From Pleionea mediterranea (lineage in GTDB: Bacteria; Pseudomonadota; Gammaproteobacteria; Enterobacterales; Kangiellaceae): 64,000 bases of DNA. A program made the translations under genes and the position numbers. A model generated the notes under the pieces. It was not told the origin of the DNA, ran no database searches, and worked only from the letters and a program-made list of their open reading frames with translations. Shown in pieces: positions 43,613-53,769 of the stretch; position 1 is the stretch's first letter, and each line of letters starts with the position of its first letter. Location: positions 11,536-75,535 of the forward strand of contig NZ_QGGU01000001.1 of assembly GCF_003148745.1 (NCBI RefSeq), read 5' to 3'.

Positions 43613-44545
43613 TTACTTCTCCGGACCACAGAGCTCGCTTTGACCAATTTTATGAACCGTTTTATACACCGCAAGTACTCTTTCTGCCCACTCGGCCAGT
43701 GAAGGCTCTACCAGTCGATCATCAATGACTGCCATTGATCGATCGTTTTTATTCGCCTGTTCAATAGCGTCTAATATCTTTTTTGCTCGATTAATTTCAT
43801 CACGCTTTGGGGTAAAGGCATCGTTGGTGTAATCCAGTTGAATTGGATGTATAACGGTTTTGCCATCAAAGCCCAGATCACGTGCCTGTCGACAGGAAAA
43901 CTCACAGGCTTCTACATTTTTAAGATTAAAGTGGGGTCCATCAATGACACATTTTTTATAAGCTCTTGCGGCTAAAATAACCAGCGATAAACTGGTGATT
44001 AAACCACTGCGATCGGGTGTTGGATTAAGCTTCAATTCATTGGCAAGATCCGTCGTTCCCATAACAATGACTTCCAGCCTTGGGTTGGCTGCAATCTCTT
44101 TAGCGTTTAGTACACCTAATGGACTTTCAATATTGACCATGACTTTTAAGTGTTGACCACCGGCTTGATCAAGATGATAGATGGCTTCTTCAAGTTGTTG
44201 CTGGCTTTCCATTCGTGGAAACGTAACGGCATCAACATTCAGTGTCACCAGAGTTTTTAAGTCATCAAAACCCCAGGGGGAATTTAACGGATTGATGCGA
44301 ACTATTTTTTCCGAATGACCAAACTCACCCTGTTTTAAATATTGCTTTAGGTTTTCACGAGCTTGCTCTTTTTGTTGCGGTGGAACCGATTCCTGTTGAT
44401 CAAAAATAATTGAATCGGCATCGAGAGTGCGTGACTTTTCAATGTGTCGTTCAATATGAGCCGGAACATACAGCATGGTCCGTCTTGGTCGATAGTTAAA
44501 AGGCATGGACGATGTTTCGGTTAAAACCTGTTGTGATGAATTCAT
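43613..44545 (-). CDS. CitE/HpcH-family CoA-ester lyase (citryl/citramalyl/malyl-CoA lyase-like), paralog 2
   Basis: 310 aa. ...RTMLYVPA...VRINPL...HPIQL... fits the CitE beta-subunit-like fold. Its start overlaps the stop of the upstream ligase gene (ATGA). Confidence 0.6.
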   Translation of the reverse strand: MNSSQQVLTETSSMPFNYRPRRTMLYVPAHIERHIEKSRTLDADSIIFDQQESVPPQQKEQARENLKQYLKQGEFGHSEKIVRINPLNSPWGFDDLKTLVTLNVDAVTFPRMESQQQLEEAIYHLDQAGGQHLKVMVNIESPLGVLNAKEIAANPRLEVIVMGTTDLANELKLNPTPDRSGLITSLSLVILAARAYKKCVIDGPHFNLKNVEACEFSCRQARDLGFDGKTVIHPIQLDYTNDAFTPKRDEINRAKKILDAIEQANKNDRSMAVIDDRLVEPSLAEWAERVLAVYKTVHKIGQSELCGPEK

Positions 44546-46191
44546 GCCGTTTGCTCCCTGTTTAATTGTTGGACGAGTTGTTTGCGCAACACTTTTCCAT
44601 TTTTTGTGCGTGGAAACTCGCTCATAAAGTGTATCACTTTTGGTGCTTTATATTTCGCCAGATGTTCTGCACCAAATGCGAGTAAATCATCTTCGCTAAC
44701 CTGGGCATCGGTATGAGTGATCACACACACCGAAACCAGTGTTTTATCTTTAGAAATGGTTTCTCCAAGCGCCACACAATCGGCAATGGCCGGATGGGTT
44801 TTCATAACGCGTTCCACTTCGTGAGGTGAGACCCGATAACCAAAGGTATTTATAATGTCGTCTTTGCGACCAATAAACCAGATATACCCCTCGGCATCTA
44901 CCCGGGCGTAATCGCCAGTTAAAAAGTAGCCTTGTTGCTTGGCTTTATCGGTTTCTTCGGGCAGGTTCCAGTAACGAATGAATAATCCAGGATCGTTCAG
45001 CGGCAGGCAAATCATGCCTTCTTCTCCGGCAGCTACCGGATTCAGGTTTTCATCGCGCAAGCTGACTTGATGACCCGGTTGAGCAAAGCCTGCGGCACCC
45101 GGCCGGATAGGTTTACCTTTGTGCTGAGAAATATAATAGGACAGCTCGGACATGCCAATGGCTTCATACACATCCTGCCCGAATCTTGCGCGCCAGGCTA
45201 ATAACATTTCATCGGAGAGGTGTTCGCCCGCGCTCATGCAGTGATTCAGTGACGGAACGTCTTTTTTGTCTAGATTGGTCTTCTGAATAATTTGCCGATA
45301 AATGGTCGGTACGCCTATAAAGGTAGTGCACTGGTGTTTTTTGATAAGACGCGGCCAGGTGGTGGCGTCATTCGGTCCTTCATACACCACGACGGTTTTG
45401 CCGTGAAACAGCGGATCCATCAGGGCGGAGCCCAGTACGTAAGTCCAGTTGAATTTACCGGAGTGAAGAATGCGATCCTTGCCCTGAAAATTAAACCAGA
45501 ACTCAGAAGCTGGCAATCGACCAATCAGTGCCCGGTGAGCATGCAATACGCCTTTAGGAAACCCGGTGGTACCAGAGGTATAAACCAGATAAGCCGGATC
45601 ATCGGCTCGTGTTTTATGGCAGCGAAAACTTTTACGTTGACTGTTTAACTCTGCGTCCAGATCAATCAACTGGATATTGCCGACGCTGGGCAGGTCGCGC
45701 AGATTTCCGTCACCTGTAAGCAGTACCTGTTTTAACTGGGGGCAATCGGCCAGTGAGTCAGCAAGCTCGCTCCACATGGCTTTATCCGTAACCAGTGCCC
45801 GTGCACCCGAATCTTTCGCCAGATAGGCCACTTCATCCGCGGACAGCAAGGTGGATGTCGGTACGGCAATGGCACCGTATTTTAAACAGCCAAAAAATGC
45901 AGTGGGGTATTCAAGCGAGTTGGGCAGTCGAATGAGTAATCGATCACTTACATCAAACTTAAGGCTGGCAAGCAGGTTAGCAAATGCGCATGTGCGTTGA
46001 TAGAGTTGTTCGTAAGTCAGTGCCGAGGTGCCTCTATGGGCATCTTCCAGAATAAACGCCGTGCTGTCTGGCTGATGTTCAAGATGACGATCGATACAGG
46101 CTTCACCAATATTAAAATGGTCGGGCAGTTGCCATTCCCATTGTTCTGGTGCGGCAACATCGGATCTCAGGTATTGGTTTAATTCATTCAT
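44542..46191 (-). CDS. AMP-dependent acyl-CoA synthetase/ligase
   Basis: 549 aa. AMP-binding motif YTSGTTGFPKGV. Length and layout are typical of medium-chain or aromatic acid-CoA ligases. Confidence 0.85.
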   Translation of the reverse strand: MNELNQYLRSDVAAPEQWEWQLPDHFNIGEACIDRHLEHQPDSTAFILEDAHRGTSALTYEQLYQRTCAFANLLASLKFDVSDRLLIRLPNSLEYPTAFFGCLKYGAIAVPTSTLLSADEVAYLAKDSGARALVTDKAMWSELADSLADCPQLKQVLLTGDGNLRDLPSVGNIQLIDLDAELNSQRKSFRCHKTRADDPAYLVYTSGTTGFPKGVLHAHRALIGRLPASEFWFNFQGKDRILHSGKFNWTYVLGSALMDPLFHGKTVVVYEGPNDATTWPRLIKKHQCTTFIGVPTIYRQIIQKTNLDKKDVPSLNHCMSAGEHLSDEMLLAWRARFGQDVYEAIGMSELSYYISQHKGKPIRPGAAGFAQPGHQVSLRDENLNPVAAGEEGMICLPLNDPGLFIRYWNLPEETDKAKQQGYFLTGDYARVDAEGYIWFIGRKDDIINTFGYRVSPHEVERVMKTHPAIADCVALGETISKDKTLVSVCVITHTDAQVSEDDLLAFGAEHLAKYKAPKVIHFMSEFPRTKNGKVLRKQLVQQLNREQTA

Positions 46192-46193
46192 AA

Positions 46194-47315
46194 TTAAATT
46201 TTCCCATACGGCCAGTTTTCACGGATCACATGCACGGGCAGTCGTTTCAGTACATCCATGGCAAAGGCTTTGTTGTCGTCGCTTAAGGCTTTTAACGCGT
46301 AGGCGCGTAACAAGGTTTGCAGTGCTTTACCAAACATGGGGGGATCCAGCATTTCGCCTTCAAACCGTATGGCACCACCTAACAGAGCATCGGCATCAAT
46401 CGCCGCCTGTAAAACCTTCACGTTACGATTAATTTGCAGAGGGCTCGGCGTAAAGGCCACTTTACACAGGTGGATATGGTAGGGGTGAATAACCTGTTTT
46501 CCGGTAAGCCCCATTTGTGCTTCTTCCACGGCATGGCGATGCACTACATGGGAATTATGATCACCGTGCAAATCGAGCCAGCGTCTTACATCGTGCGGCT
46601 CAATAAAGTTTTCGGGCATCGCGGTTTCATTGATCAGAACTTCTACCCCACCAATTACGCCTTTACCGGCAATTCGGGCTTCAAGTAACAAGTTACGTAA
46701 ATAAGTTCTTAATTCATCGATCCAGCCTTCTGGCGTTAAGTGGATCGCCATGGCTTTGGAAAAATCGTGTATACCGAATACCACATGAGTCACCGATGAA
46801 AACTGCATCAAATCGGGTGCCAGTTTCAGTGAGCGGGGGTGTTCGATGATCGGCTGAATTTCAATTTTTTCATTCACGCCAACCAGCCAGGAAGACAGAT
46901 CGCGAATTTCAGCGGCGCCATAGACTTCACCGGCTTTGGCCAGAATAATCACATCAATGTGTTCTTTGACGGCTTTTATTAATTCCAGATCTTTTTCGTA
47001 TTCTGGCGTACGAAAAGGGTTGATCCGCAGGGCAATCTGAAAGTCGCGCTCGGGAAATTTCGGCAGTTCCTGCTTGAGCAGTTCGCGACTCATTTCTTTT
47101 TGTCGGCAACCGTCTTCCAGATCAAAGAGCAGTGTGTGAGCCGGACAATGATGCGCGTGTCTGCGTATGCGATCTGCGGCCTGTTCCATGGTTTCATACT
47201 GACCTTGCGCGGGATTGTACTTAACCGGGGGATAATAAAGCTGTATCCCCGGCCAAAATCCGCCCAATACTAACTGTTCGTCGACATTGTCGAGAAATGC
47301 GTATTCGTAGTTCAT
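46194..47315 (-). CDS. Divergent CitE/HpcH-family lyase-like protein, paralog 1 (first gene of the operon)
   Basis: 373 aa. FDLEDGCRQ (DLED motif), ALRINPF, IEHPRS and GIHDF occupy positions corresponding to CitE metal/substrate motifs. A long C-terminal extension follows. Confidence 0.45.
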   Translation of the reverse strand: MNYEYAFLDNVDEQLVLGGFWPGIQLYYPPVKYNPAQGQYETMEQAADRIRRHAHHCPAHTLLFDLEDGCRQKEMSRELLKQELPKFPERDFQIALRINPFRTPEYEKDLELIKAVKEHIDVIILAKAGEVYGAAEIRDLSSWLVGVNEKIEIQPIIEHPRSLKLAPDLMQFSSVTHVVFGIHDFSKAMAIHLTPEGWIDELRTYLRNLLLEARIAGKGVIGGVEVLINETAMPENFIEPHDVRRWLDLHGDHNSHVVHRHAVEEAQMGLTGKQVIHPYHIHLCKVAFTPSPLQINRNVKVLQAAIDADALLGGAIRFEGEMLDPPMFGKALQTLLRAYALKALSDDNKAFAMDVLKRLPVHVIRENWPYGKI

Positions 47316-47397
47316 GATCGGGTCCTATCCAATTGTACCTTGTGGCAGAGACGGCTTGGTAAGGGCTGACTCTGGTCTACCATTATTATGGTTTTAT

Positions 47398-47515
47398 ATT
47401 GCAGCGCAATAATACTAAAGCATAGTTAAACGCTCATTTCAATCACTTGTTTGAATTTTTTGTTGCCATAAAAATCCGACTTTAGTATGGTTGTATTCGG
47501 TTTATTGCGGTGCAA
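47398..47515. promoter_or_regulatory. Pair of palindromic TTGC-N3-GCAA motifs in the divergent promoter region
   Basis: ATTGCAGCGCAAT at 47398-47410 and ATTGCGGTGCAA at 47504-47515, about 105 bp apart, lie between the minus-strand lyase operon and the plus-strand lyase gene. Confidence 0.3.
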
Positions 47516-47610
47516 AAATTAATCAGGATCAACACCCGTAGCGGATATGGTATTTACAATACGGGGTCTGAAATCTTAAAAGTGCTTAACATTTAACAAG
47601 TTACAGGAGG

Positions 47611-48609
47611 TTGGCCATGAGCCAGACAGTGCACCCTAACGATGCATTATTTGAGGGAGAGAAGCCGTTTCCGGTGATCCCAAGCTGTGAACATTTTGCC
47701 GGAAGTGAAAAACTGATCCGCAAAGCCATGTCGCTGCAAGAGAAAATAGGCCCTGTGTTTGACATTACCTGCGATTGTGAAGACGGTGCGGCATCGGGTA
47801 AAGAAGTTGAGCACGCGGAAATGGTCGCCGCTGTCATCGGTTCGGACGATAACAAACACAATATGGCCGGGGTACGGATCCACGATTATTCTCACCCGGA
47901 CTGGAAACAGGACGTGGATATTCTGGTGCCCAAAATAGGCGAGCGGGTGGCTTATATCACTATTCCCAAGGCAACCGAAGCCAGCCAGGTGGCTGAAATG
48001 GTTGACTATATTCAGCAGGTGGCGAAAAAGTCTGGCATTGAACGTGAAATCCCAATCCATGTATTAATCGAAACCCACGGTGCGCTAAAAGAGGTTTGGG
48101 ATATTGCAAAAGTTCCCTGGTTGCAAGTTCTTGACTTTGGCATGATGGACTTTGTTTCGGCTCATCAGGGGGCCATACCGGCTTCGGCGATGCGTTCACC
48201 AGGACAATTTGATCACCCCATTCTGGCACGCGCTAAAGCCGAAATGACCGCTGCCGCTTTGGCCAATGGTATTGTTCCTGCGCACAACGTTACCCTTGAT
48301 CTAAAAAATCCCTACCAGACTTATAAAGACGCGGAGCGCGCCCGAAATGAGTTTGGATTTCTACGCATGTGGAGCATTTACCCGACACAAATTAACGCCA
48401 TCATCGATGCCATGAAACCGGATTATTCCGAAATAGAAGATGCCATTGGTATCCTGACGGCGGCGCAAGATTCTGAGTGGGGACCTATTCAGTTTAAAGG
48501 CGAGCTTCATGATCGGGCGACCTATCGTTATTACTGGCAACTATTGCAACGCGCCCATGTGATGGGGCAAACATTACCGGATGATGTTCGACAGCGCTTT
48601 TTCGAATGA
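47611..48609 (+). CDS. CitE-family malyl-CoA/citramalyl-CoA lyase-like protein, paralog 3
   Basis: 332 aa with a GGAGG RBS. ...FDITCDCEDGA..., ...VPKIG... and ...HVLIETHGAL... match an Mcl/CitE-like layout. Confidence 0.6.
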   Translation: MAMSQTVHPNDALFEGEKPFPVIPSCEHFAGSEKLIRKAMSLQEKIGPVFDITCDCEDGAASGKEVEHAEMVAAVIGSDDNKHNMAGVRIHDYSHPDWKQDVDILVPKIGERVAYITIPKATEASQVAEMVDYIQQVAKKSGIEREIPIHVLIETHGALKEVWDIAKVPWLQVLDFGMMDFVSAHQGAIPASAMRSPGQFDHPILARAKAEMTAAALANGIVPAHNVTLDLKNPYQTYKDAERARNEFGFLRMWSIYPTQINAIIDAMKPDYSEIEDAIGILTAAQDSEWGPIQFKGELHDRATYRYYWQLLQRAHVMGQTLPDDVRQRFFE

Positions 48610-48698
48610 AGTTTTTGACAGATGCTCTTTGATAGAAAAGTAAAGGGATGATGAGTTGTGCGACACTTACCTGGGGTAAGGTCGCACTTTTGGTCTTA

Positions 48699-49559
48699 TT
48701 ACTGCTTAAACCTCATAATGCCTTCCTGAGCGGTGCTGGCAACCAGCCGGCCCTGTTGATCATAGACCTTACCTAATACAAATCCTCGTTGATGCGATGA
48801 TGATGGGCTATCTATAACGTACAGAAGCCAGTCATCAAAACGAAATTCACGGTGGAACCACATTGAGTGATCGATGGTGGCCATTTGCAGTTTGGGGGTT
48901 AAAAACGAAACGCCATGGGGCAACGCTGCGGTGGGTAAAAAGCCAAAGTCGGAAGCATAGGCGAGTATATATTTATGGATCCTTAAATCATCGGGCAGCT
49001 TGCCGTTGGTTTTCATCCAGATGTGGCGCTGCGGGGAGGCTTTTTCTGGTTTAAGTGGGTTGTGAAATTCAACCGGTCGCATTTCAATCGGTTTTTCACA
49101 AATAAAACGGGTGCGTAAATTTTCCGGAATATGTTCGGCGTATTGTCGGGCAATATCGAGTTCCGAAGGCAGATCATCGGGCAGAGTAACATTTGGCATG
49201 GACGCCTGATGATCGAAGCCATCGTTTGATATATGAAACGATGCCGTCATATAAAAGATGGTTTTGCCATTCTGGATGGCTTTTACCCGACGGGTAGAGA
49301 TGCTGCGGCCATCACGGATGGATTCTACGTCGTAAACAACCGGTCTTGAGGAATCGCCTGGTAATAAAAAGTAGCTGTGGAAAGAGTGAGAGACTCGATC
49401 GACATCAAGTGTTTGTTTGGCTGCTGATAGAGCCTGACCAATAACTTGACCTCCAAACAGTTGTGGAAAGCCAAGATCCTGACTTTGCCCACGGAACAAG
49501 TTGGTTTCTATGGGTTCCAGCTGCAACAATTCAACCAGTTCTTCTAGCACTTGGCTCAT
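48699..49559 (-). CDS. tesB: Acyl-CoA thioesterase II
   Basis: 286 aa. [44 protein letters not shown]...IDHSMWFHR is collinear with E. coli TesB. Confidence 0.9.
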   Translation of the reverse strand: MSQVLEELVELLQLEPIETNLFRGQSQDLGFPQLFGGQVIGQALSAAKQTLDVDRVSHSFHSYFLLPGDSSRPVVYDVESIRDGRSISTRRVKAIQNGKTIFYMTASFHISNDGFDHQASMPNVTLPDDLPSELDIARQYAEHIPENLRTRFICEKPIEMRPVEFHNPLKPEKASPQRHIWMKTNGKLPDDLRIHKYILAYASDFGFLPTAALPHGVSFLTPKLQMATIDHSMWFHREFRFDDWLLYVIDSPSSSHQRGFVLGKVYDQQGRLVASTAQEGIMRFKQ

Positions 49560-49723
49560 AATAACTCTCTATTAATGTTTTGTAGTTACTATTGTAGGTG
49601 AATATTTTTTACAGGCAATAGCATTGACTCCGGAGTACGCACCGCAGAGAATGGCAATAGATTAAAGGTTTCAATTAATGCTGCTGTTGTTCAGGTAGAT
49701 CTTTACTAAAGAGAGATTGATTT

Positions 49724-50236
49724 ATGTTAAGTGATCGTTTTTTCATCCATGGAATAGTCAGGCTGTTTTGTTCAGTGATCATCGTTTGTTTGATCAGCAG
49801 TTGCGCCAACTTAACCTCAATGGAAAAAAGTATTGATACATTGACTAGCGAAGCCAATGAAGGTGATCTCAATGCCGCACATGCACTGTGCTTTCGTTTT
49901 AGTAATGGCGTAGGAGCAGAAATAGACGATGATGCTGCATTTAACTGGTGTCACCGAGCTTCGTCCACGCAAAATCCAAAGTCGATGACCTTACTGGCGG
50001 ATCTTTATTATCATGGTCGTGGCACCGAGCAAGATTACCATCAAGCAGCCAAGCTGTATTATTTTGCCGCCCAGCGTGGCATCGATAAAGCCATGCTAAT
50101 GCTTTATCATCACTATATTAATGGCTATGGCGTGGCCAAAGATGAAACGGAAGCGCGTTATTATTTAAATCGTGCCGCGCAGAGAAATTACGCGCCAGCA
50201 AAACAATTAAAACAACAATTACTATTACAACCTTAA
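49724..50236 (+). CDS. Sel1-repeat (TPR-like) protein, probable lipoprotein
   Basis: 170 aa. Hydrophobic N-terminus with Cys (LISSCANL). Sel1-like repeats around ...ADLYYHGRGTEQDYHQAAKLYYFAAQRG... and ...YINGYGVAKDETEARYYL... Confidence 0.6.
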   Translation: MLSDRFFIHGIVRLFCSVIIVCLISSCANLTSMEKSIDTLTSEANEGDLNAAHALCFRFSNGVGAEIDDDAAFNWCHRASSTQNPKSMTLLADLYYHGRGTEQDYHQAAKLYYFAAQRGIDKAMLMLYHHYINGYGVAKDETEARYYLNRAAQRNYAPAKQLKQQLLLQP

Positions 50237-50246
50237 GATATATTTT

Positions 50247-52157
50247 ATGACATTACGTTTTCTATTATGCAGTGTACTCTACTCGTTAAGTCTTATTGTT
50301 TCAGCAAGCACTTTTGATATTAACGACTGGTTTTCTAACGATGGTATATCGCCCGTGGCATTATCGCCAAGCGGTGAGCGCATATTATGGCTCGAACAAG
50401 GAATTGAGCAGGCGCTTTTACTACAGGCGGTTAAGGATGATAAGCACTTACAAATAGAGCTGCCCATTGAGACTCAATTTGTCGATGCCAGGTTTTCTGG
50501 AAGCAATCGACTTTTATTTATTGTAAAAGCCAGCCAATGGCATTATGTGTATGAATTCGATATTGAGAATAAAAAGCAGACGTTGGTTCTTAAAAAACAA
50601 TCCAGTGTTTCTTTTGTCAATGGTCAAAACAATAAAGGTGGCTACTGGTTACTGAGTCAACAGCAGCTTATATGGTTTGATTTTTTACGTCGTCAAATTA
50701 CTCAAGTAATGCAAGTGCCCGAAGGCATTGTTTCATTAACCGTCGATAGTAATGATAATCCCTGTCTTGCGATAAAAAATAACGGACAAGTTTTATTGCA
50801 TTCGCAGTTTTATAATGGAAATAACTCCAGCCATCAGTCGATAGAAAATTCCGAAGCATCGGAACAAGTTGATTCAGGTAAACAGTGGCACACTTTTGAT
50901 AAACTCTCATCGGTTACAGGTGTTAAAGTTGATGCCAGCTGTCAAAAACTATGGGCTTTATCCTCCAATAATCTGAATACCGAGAGTTTACTGGCGTATT
51001 CAGTCAGTAATGGTTTATCAATCTTATTCAGTAACAACTCTTTTGATTTATCTGGCTTTACTCTGACAGCGAACGGCGAAGCTGTTGATTCTGTTTCTTA
51101 TGACGGTCAAAAGCCAGAAGTCGTTACCTTTAGCCCCGCAATGGCGAAACTAAAAAGTATTCTTAATAAATATAATGATGATATTTATTGGAAAGTATTG
51201 GAAAGAAGTAATGATGACTCCGTTTTTCTGGTACATGCTGAGTCGCCGACTTTACCGCCACAAATTCTATGGGTGGCGATTAAATCGCGAACGTTGAAAG
51301 TTGTAAATCAATCCTTGGCTTACTATAAGGGCCATTCATGGCATCAAACCACTCCTTTTTCAATTAATCGTTTTCAAAGTGGGGAGCTTACCGGTTACCT
51401 GACAGTGCCAGCAAAACAGAAAACGGAAAATGATACAGAATCATTAACCATAAGCGATTCATCAGCCACAAAGTTTATCATTGTTAAACTGCATGGTGGT
51501 CCGTTTCAGGTTAGAGATAACTGGAGGTTTGATCCTGAGGCGCAGTGGTTTGCAGAACAGGGAATAGCAACCTTAACAGTAAACTATCGTGGCTCAGCAG
51601 GATTTGGAAAGCTGCATCAAGCAAAAGCATTTGGTCAGTTACGTGCAACACTGGAGCAAGATATTGATGACGCACTGGACTGGGCTCGTGAGCAGTACAG
51701 TGGAACGGAACATTCTATTTGTTTATACGGTTCAAGCTTTGGTGCTTTTGCCGTGTTATCGGAGTTGATTGAGAATCCTGATGATTATAGTTGTGGGATC
51801 ATGTTGTCAGGCGTTAGCAGCTTACCCGAGATTTATCGCGAGCTGGATACACAGCAAGATAAGGAATTATTTAAACGGCAGTTTGGTGATCCTGAAAATA
51901 TTGACTGGCACAATGAAAATAATTTATTAAAGCATATCGCCAGGTTATCCAAACCATTACTTGTGATTTACGGTAACCAAGATTCTGTTGTGTCACCGAT
52001 GCAGAGTGAACGATTAGTTGAAAAACTTAAGGCACACAGTAAGATCTTTGAGCAACAGGTTTTTCCTGAAGGTCAGCATCAACTTGACACTGTAAGCACG
52101 AGGCATCTTATTAACGATAAAATCAAATCGTTTTTAATGAAGTATCTACGAAAATAA
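50247..52157 (+). CDS. Secreted S9-family serine peptidase (prolyl oligopeptidase/dipeptidyl-peptidase-like) with N-terminal beta-propeller
   Basis: 636 aa. Signal peptide. A C-terminal alpha/beta hydrolase domain carries the GxSxG elbow LYGSSFGAF and downstream Asp/His. Confidence 0.7.
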   Translation: MTLRFLLCSVLYSLSLIVSASTFDINDWFSNDGISPVALSPSGERILWLEQGIEQALLLQAVKDDKHLQIELPIETQFVDARFSGSNRLLFIVKASQWHYVYEFDIENKKQTLVLKKQSSVSFVNGQNNKGGYWLLSQQQLIWFDFLRRQITQVMQVPEGIVSLTVDSNDNPCLAIKNNGQVLLHSQFYNGNNSSHQSIENSEASEQVDSGKQWHTFDKLSSVTGVKVDASCQKLWALSSNNLNTESLLAYSVSNGLSILFSNNSFDLSGFTLTANGEAVDSVSYDGQKPEVVTFSPAMAKLKSILNKYNDDIYWKVLERSNDDSVFLVHAESPTLPPQILWVAIKSRTLKVVNQSLAYYKGHSWHQTTPFSINRFQSGELTGYLTVPAKQKTENDTESLTISDSSATKFIIVKLHGGPFQVRDNWRFDPEAQWFAEQGIATLTVNYRGSAGFGKLHQAKAFGQLRATLEQDIDDALDWAREQYSGTEHSICLYGSSFGAFAVLSELIENPDDYSCGIMLSGVSSLPEIYRELDTQQDKELFKRQFGDPENIDWHNENNLLKHIARLSKPLLVIYGNQDSVVSPMQSERLVEKLKAHSKIFEQQVFPEGQHQLDTVSTRHLINDKIKSFLMKYLRK

Positions 52158-52225
52158 TTGAGGCCTTAGCGGTTAATAGCTAAGGCTACAAAATTTTCAA
52201 GGACTAGTTTTGTCAGTCAATAGAC

Positions 52226-52714
52226 TTAAATATCTTTTGCATTGACAAATAACAACACAATGCCGCTGGTTGCTGCAAAGACAAATGCATCTTTAAAAGA
52301 ATTAGCGCCTATTGTTGTTTGCCACATTTGGAATAATGCACCACCAATCACAACAAAGCCTCCAAACCAAACAACTAAGGCCATACCAGAACCAAGAATC
52401 GCAAAACCTTTAGATGAGTTAAAGACATCTGAACTATCATGCCGAACCTTCCAGAGATCCCATGCTCCTTTAAGTGAAAATGCGCCAACCAGAAACTCAC
52501 CAATAATAATACAAATAAATATTAAGGTTATTATTATTGGGTTGGTAATCGGGGGGAATATATGAGTGCTGTATACATTATGCTCCGCCATACCAGTAAC
52601 ATAGGCGATAGCTTCGAGACCTGTACTCCAGTTTGCAATATTACCGGCAACATAGAACCATCCCTGCAATCCAACGAAAGTGATTAATATGATTTTTAGT
52701 ATGCGAATTGCCAT
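52226..52714 (-). CDS. Small integral membrane protein (4 predicted TM helices), unknown function
   Basis: 162 aa, hydrophobic throughout. Confidence 0.5.
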   Translation of the reverse strand: MAIRILKIILITFVGLQGWFYVAGNIANWSTGLEAIAYVTGMAEHNVYSTHIFPPITNPIIITLIFICIIIGEFLVGAFSLKGAWDLWKVRHDSSDVFNSSKGFAILGSGMALVVWFGGFVVIGGALFQMWQTTIGANSFKDAFVFAATSGIVLLFVNAKDI

Positions 52715-52947
52715 GGGATACTCTCCTTATAATTAATTTAAATCCTCAAAAAGTATGATAATAAATATCAGATTTTACTTTGTATTGGTTACCATTCAAA
52801 TAATAGTCTAGTTTAGCTGACAATCAAGATGTAAGCCTGATATCGGTAAAGGTGATAGAGACAAAGGGTGATAGCCATCAAAAGTTGTACGTGGGAAAGG
52901 GCGATGAACTTATATAATATCTATCGAATAGGCAATAAAAATGATGA

Positions 52948-53769
52948 TCAGAAGTTTGTGGTCAACTGATACAGTTTTTCGCTGTGAGAAAGTGGACAGA
53001 CAAAAGCAAGTTTAACAGCCATAAGCATTAAATCATCATCAAGTATCGTACTATCATAAAGACGATCACCAACTATTGGAAATCCCGACTCTGCAAGATG
53101 TCGCCTTATTTGATGTTTACGTCCTGTTTCAATGGATACTTCAAGTAGTGATGTTTCATTAACCTTATCGATTGTCAGGGGGATCACATGACTAACACTC
53201 GGCTTGCCATCTATTGGCTGATTGATTGTTTGAGAGGCTTCAAACGGCCATACACCTTCGACCATAGCGTGGTAGGTTTTGCTAATAGCGCGTGTTGCAA
53301 ATAGGTGCGATAATTTTGCGGCAGCGGTTTTAGAATGAGCCACTAAAATAATGCCGCTGGCTGCTCTATCGAGTCGATGGACCACAAAACTATTTCGTTG
53401 TGGTGTTAAATGCTGTTCTGCCCATCGTGTAATGGTGCAATGATCACCCCATTTTGAGCCTTGAGACAATAGCCCTGACGGTTTATTCCAAACACTGTAG
53501 TCGCTTTCGTCGGCAATTAGCTCTGGTACAGAGGGCTCGGCTGAAAGTACCTTTTCATCATAATATATGTGTAAGGTTTGACCGCATTTTAATGTTTTTT
53601 TAGCACGACGAATGCGTTGTGTCTTTTTGCCAGCCGTAAGCCAGACGCAACCCTTATTCATAGCTTCTTTTAGTTTTTGTTTTGATAGTTCAGTATGTGA
53701 GGCAAGGCACTCGATCGCCAGTTGATTGTCAGTAGCAATCTTGATGTGTTGCTCGAACGACTTTAACAT
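52948..53769 (-). CDS. RluA-family pseudouridine synthase
   Basis: 273 aa. HRLDRAASGIILVAHS is the catalytic HRLD...SG motif. Its start overlaps the stop of the upstream GGDEF gene (TAATG). Confidence 0.75.
   Translation of the reverse strand: MLKSFEQHIKIATDNQLAIECLASHTELSKQKLKEAMNKGCVWLTAGKKTQRIRRAKKTLKCGQTLHIYYDEKVLSAEPSVPELIADESDYSVWNKPSGLLSQGSKWGDHCTITRWAEQHLTPQRNSFVVHRLDRAASGIILVAHSKTAAAKLSHLFATRAISKTYHAMVEGVWPFEASQTINQPIDGKPSVSHVIPLTIDKVNETSLLEVSIETGRKHQIRRHLAESGFPIVGDRLYDSTILDDDLMLMAVKLAFVCPLSHSEKLYQLTTNF

Noticed and set aside
43613-43674. Apparent 62-nt overlap between the CitE-like gene and the MaoC hydratase gene
   Set aside because: It is resolved by using the internal ATG at 43611 (MNQTTNSK...), which has a GGAG RBS and sits 1 nt past the upstream stop. 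The longer ORF-track N-terminus is likely not translated.
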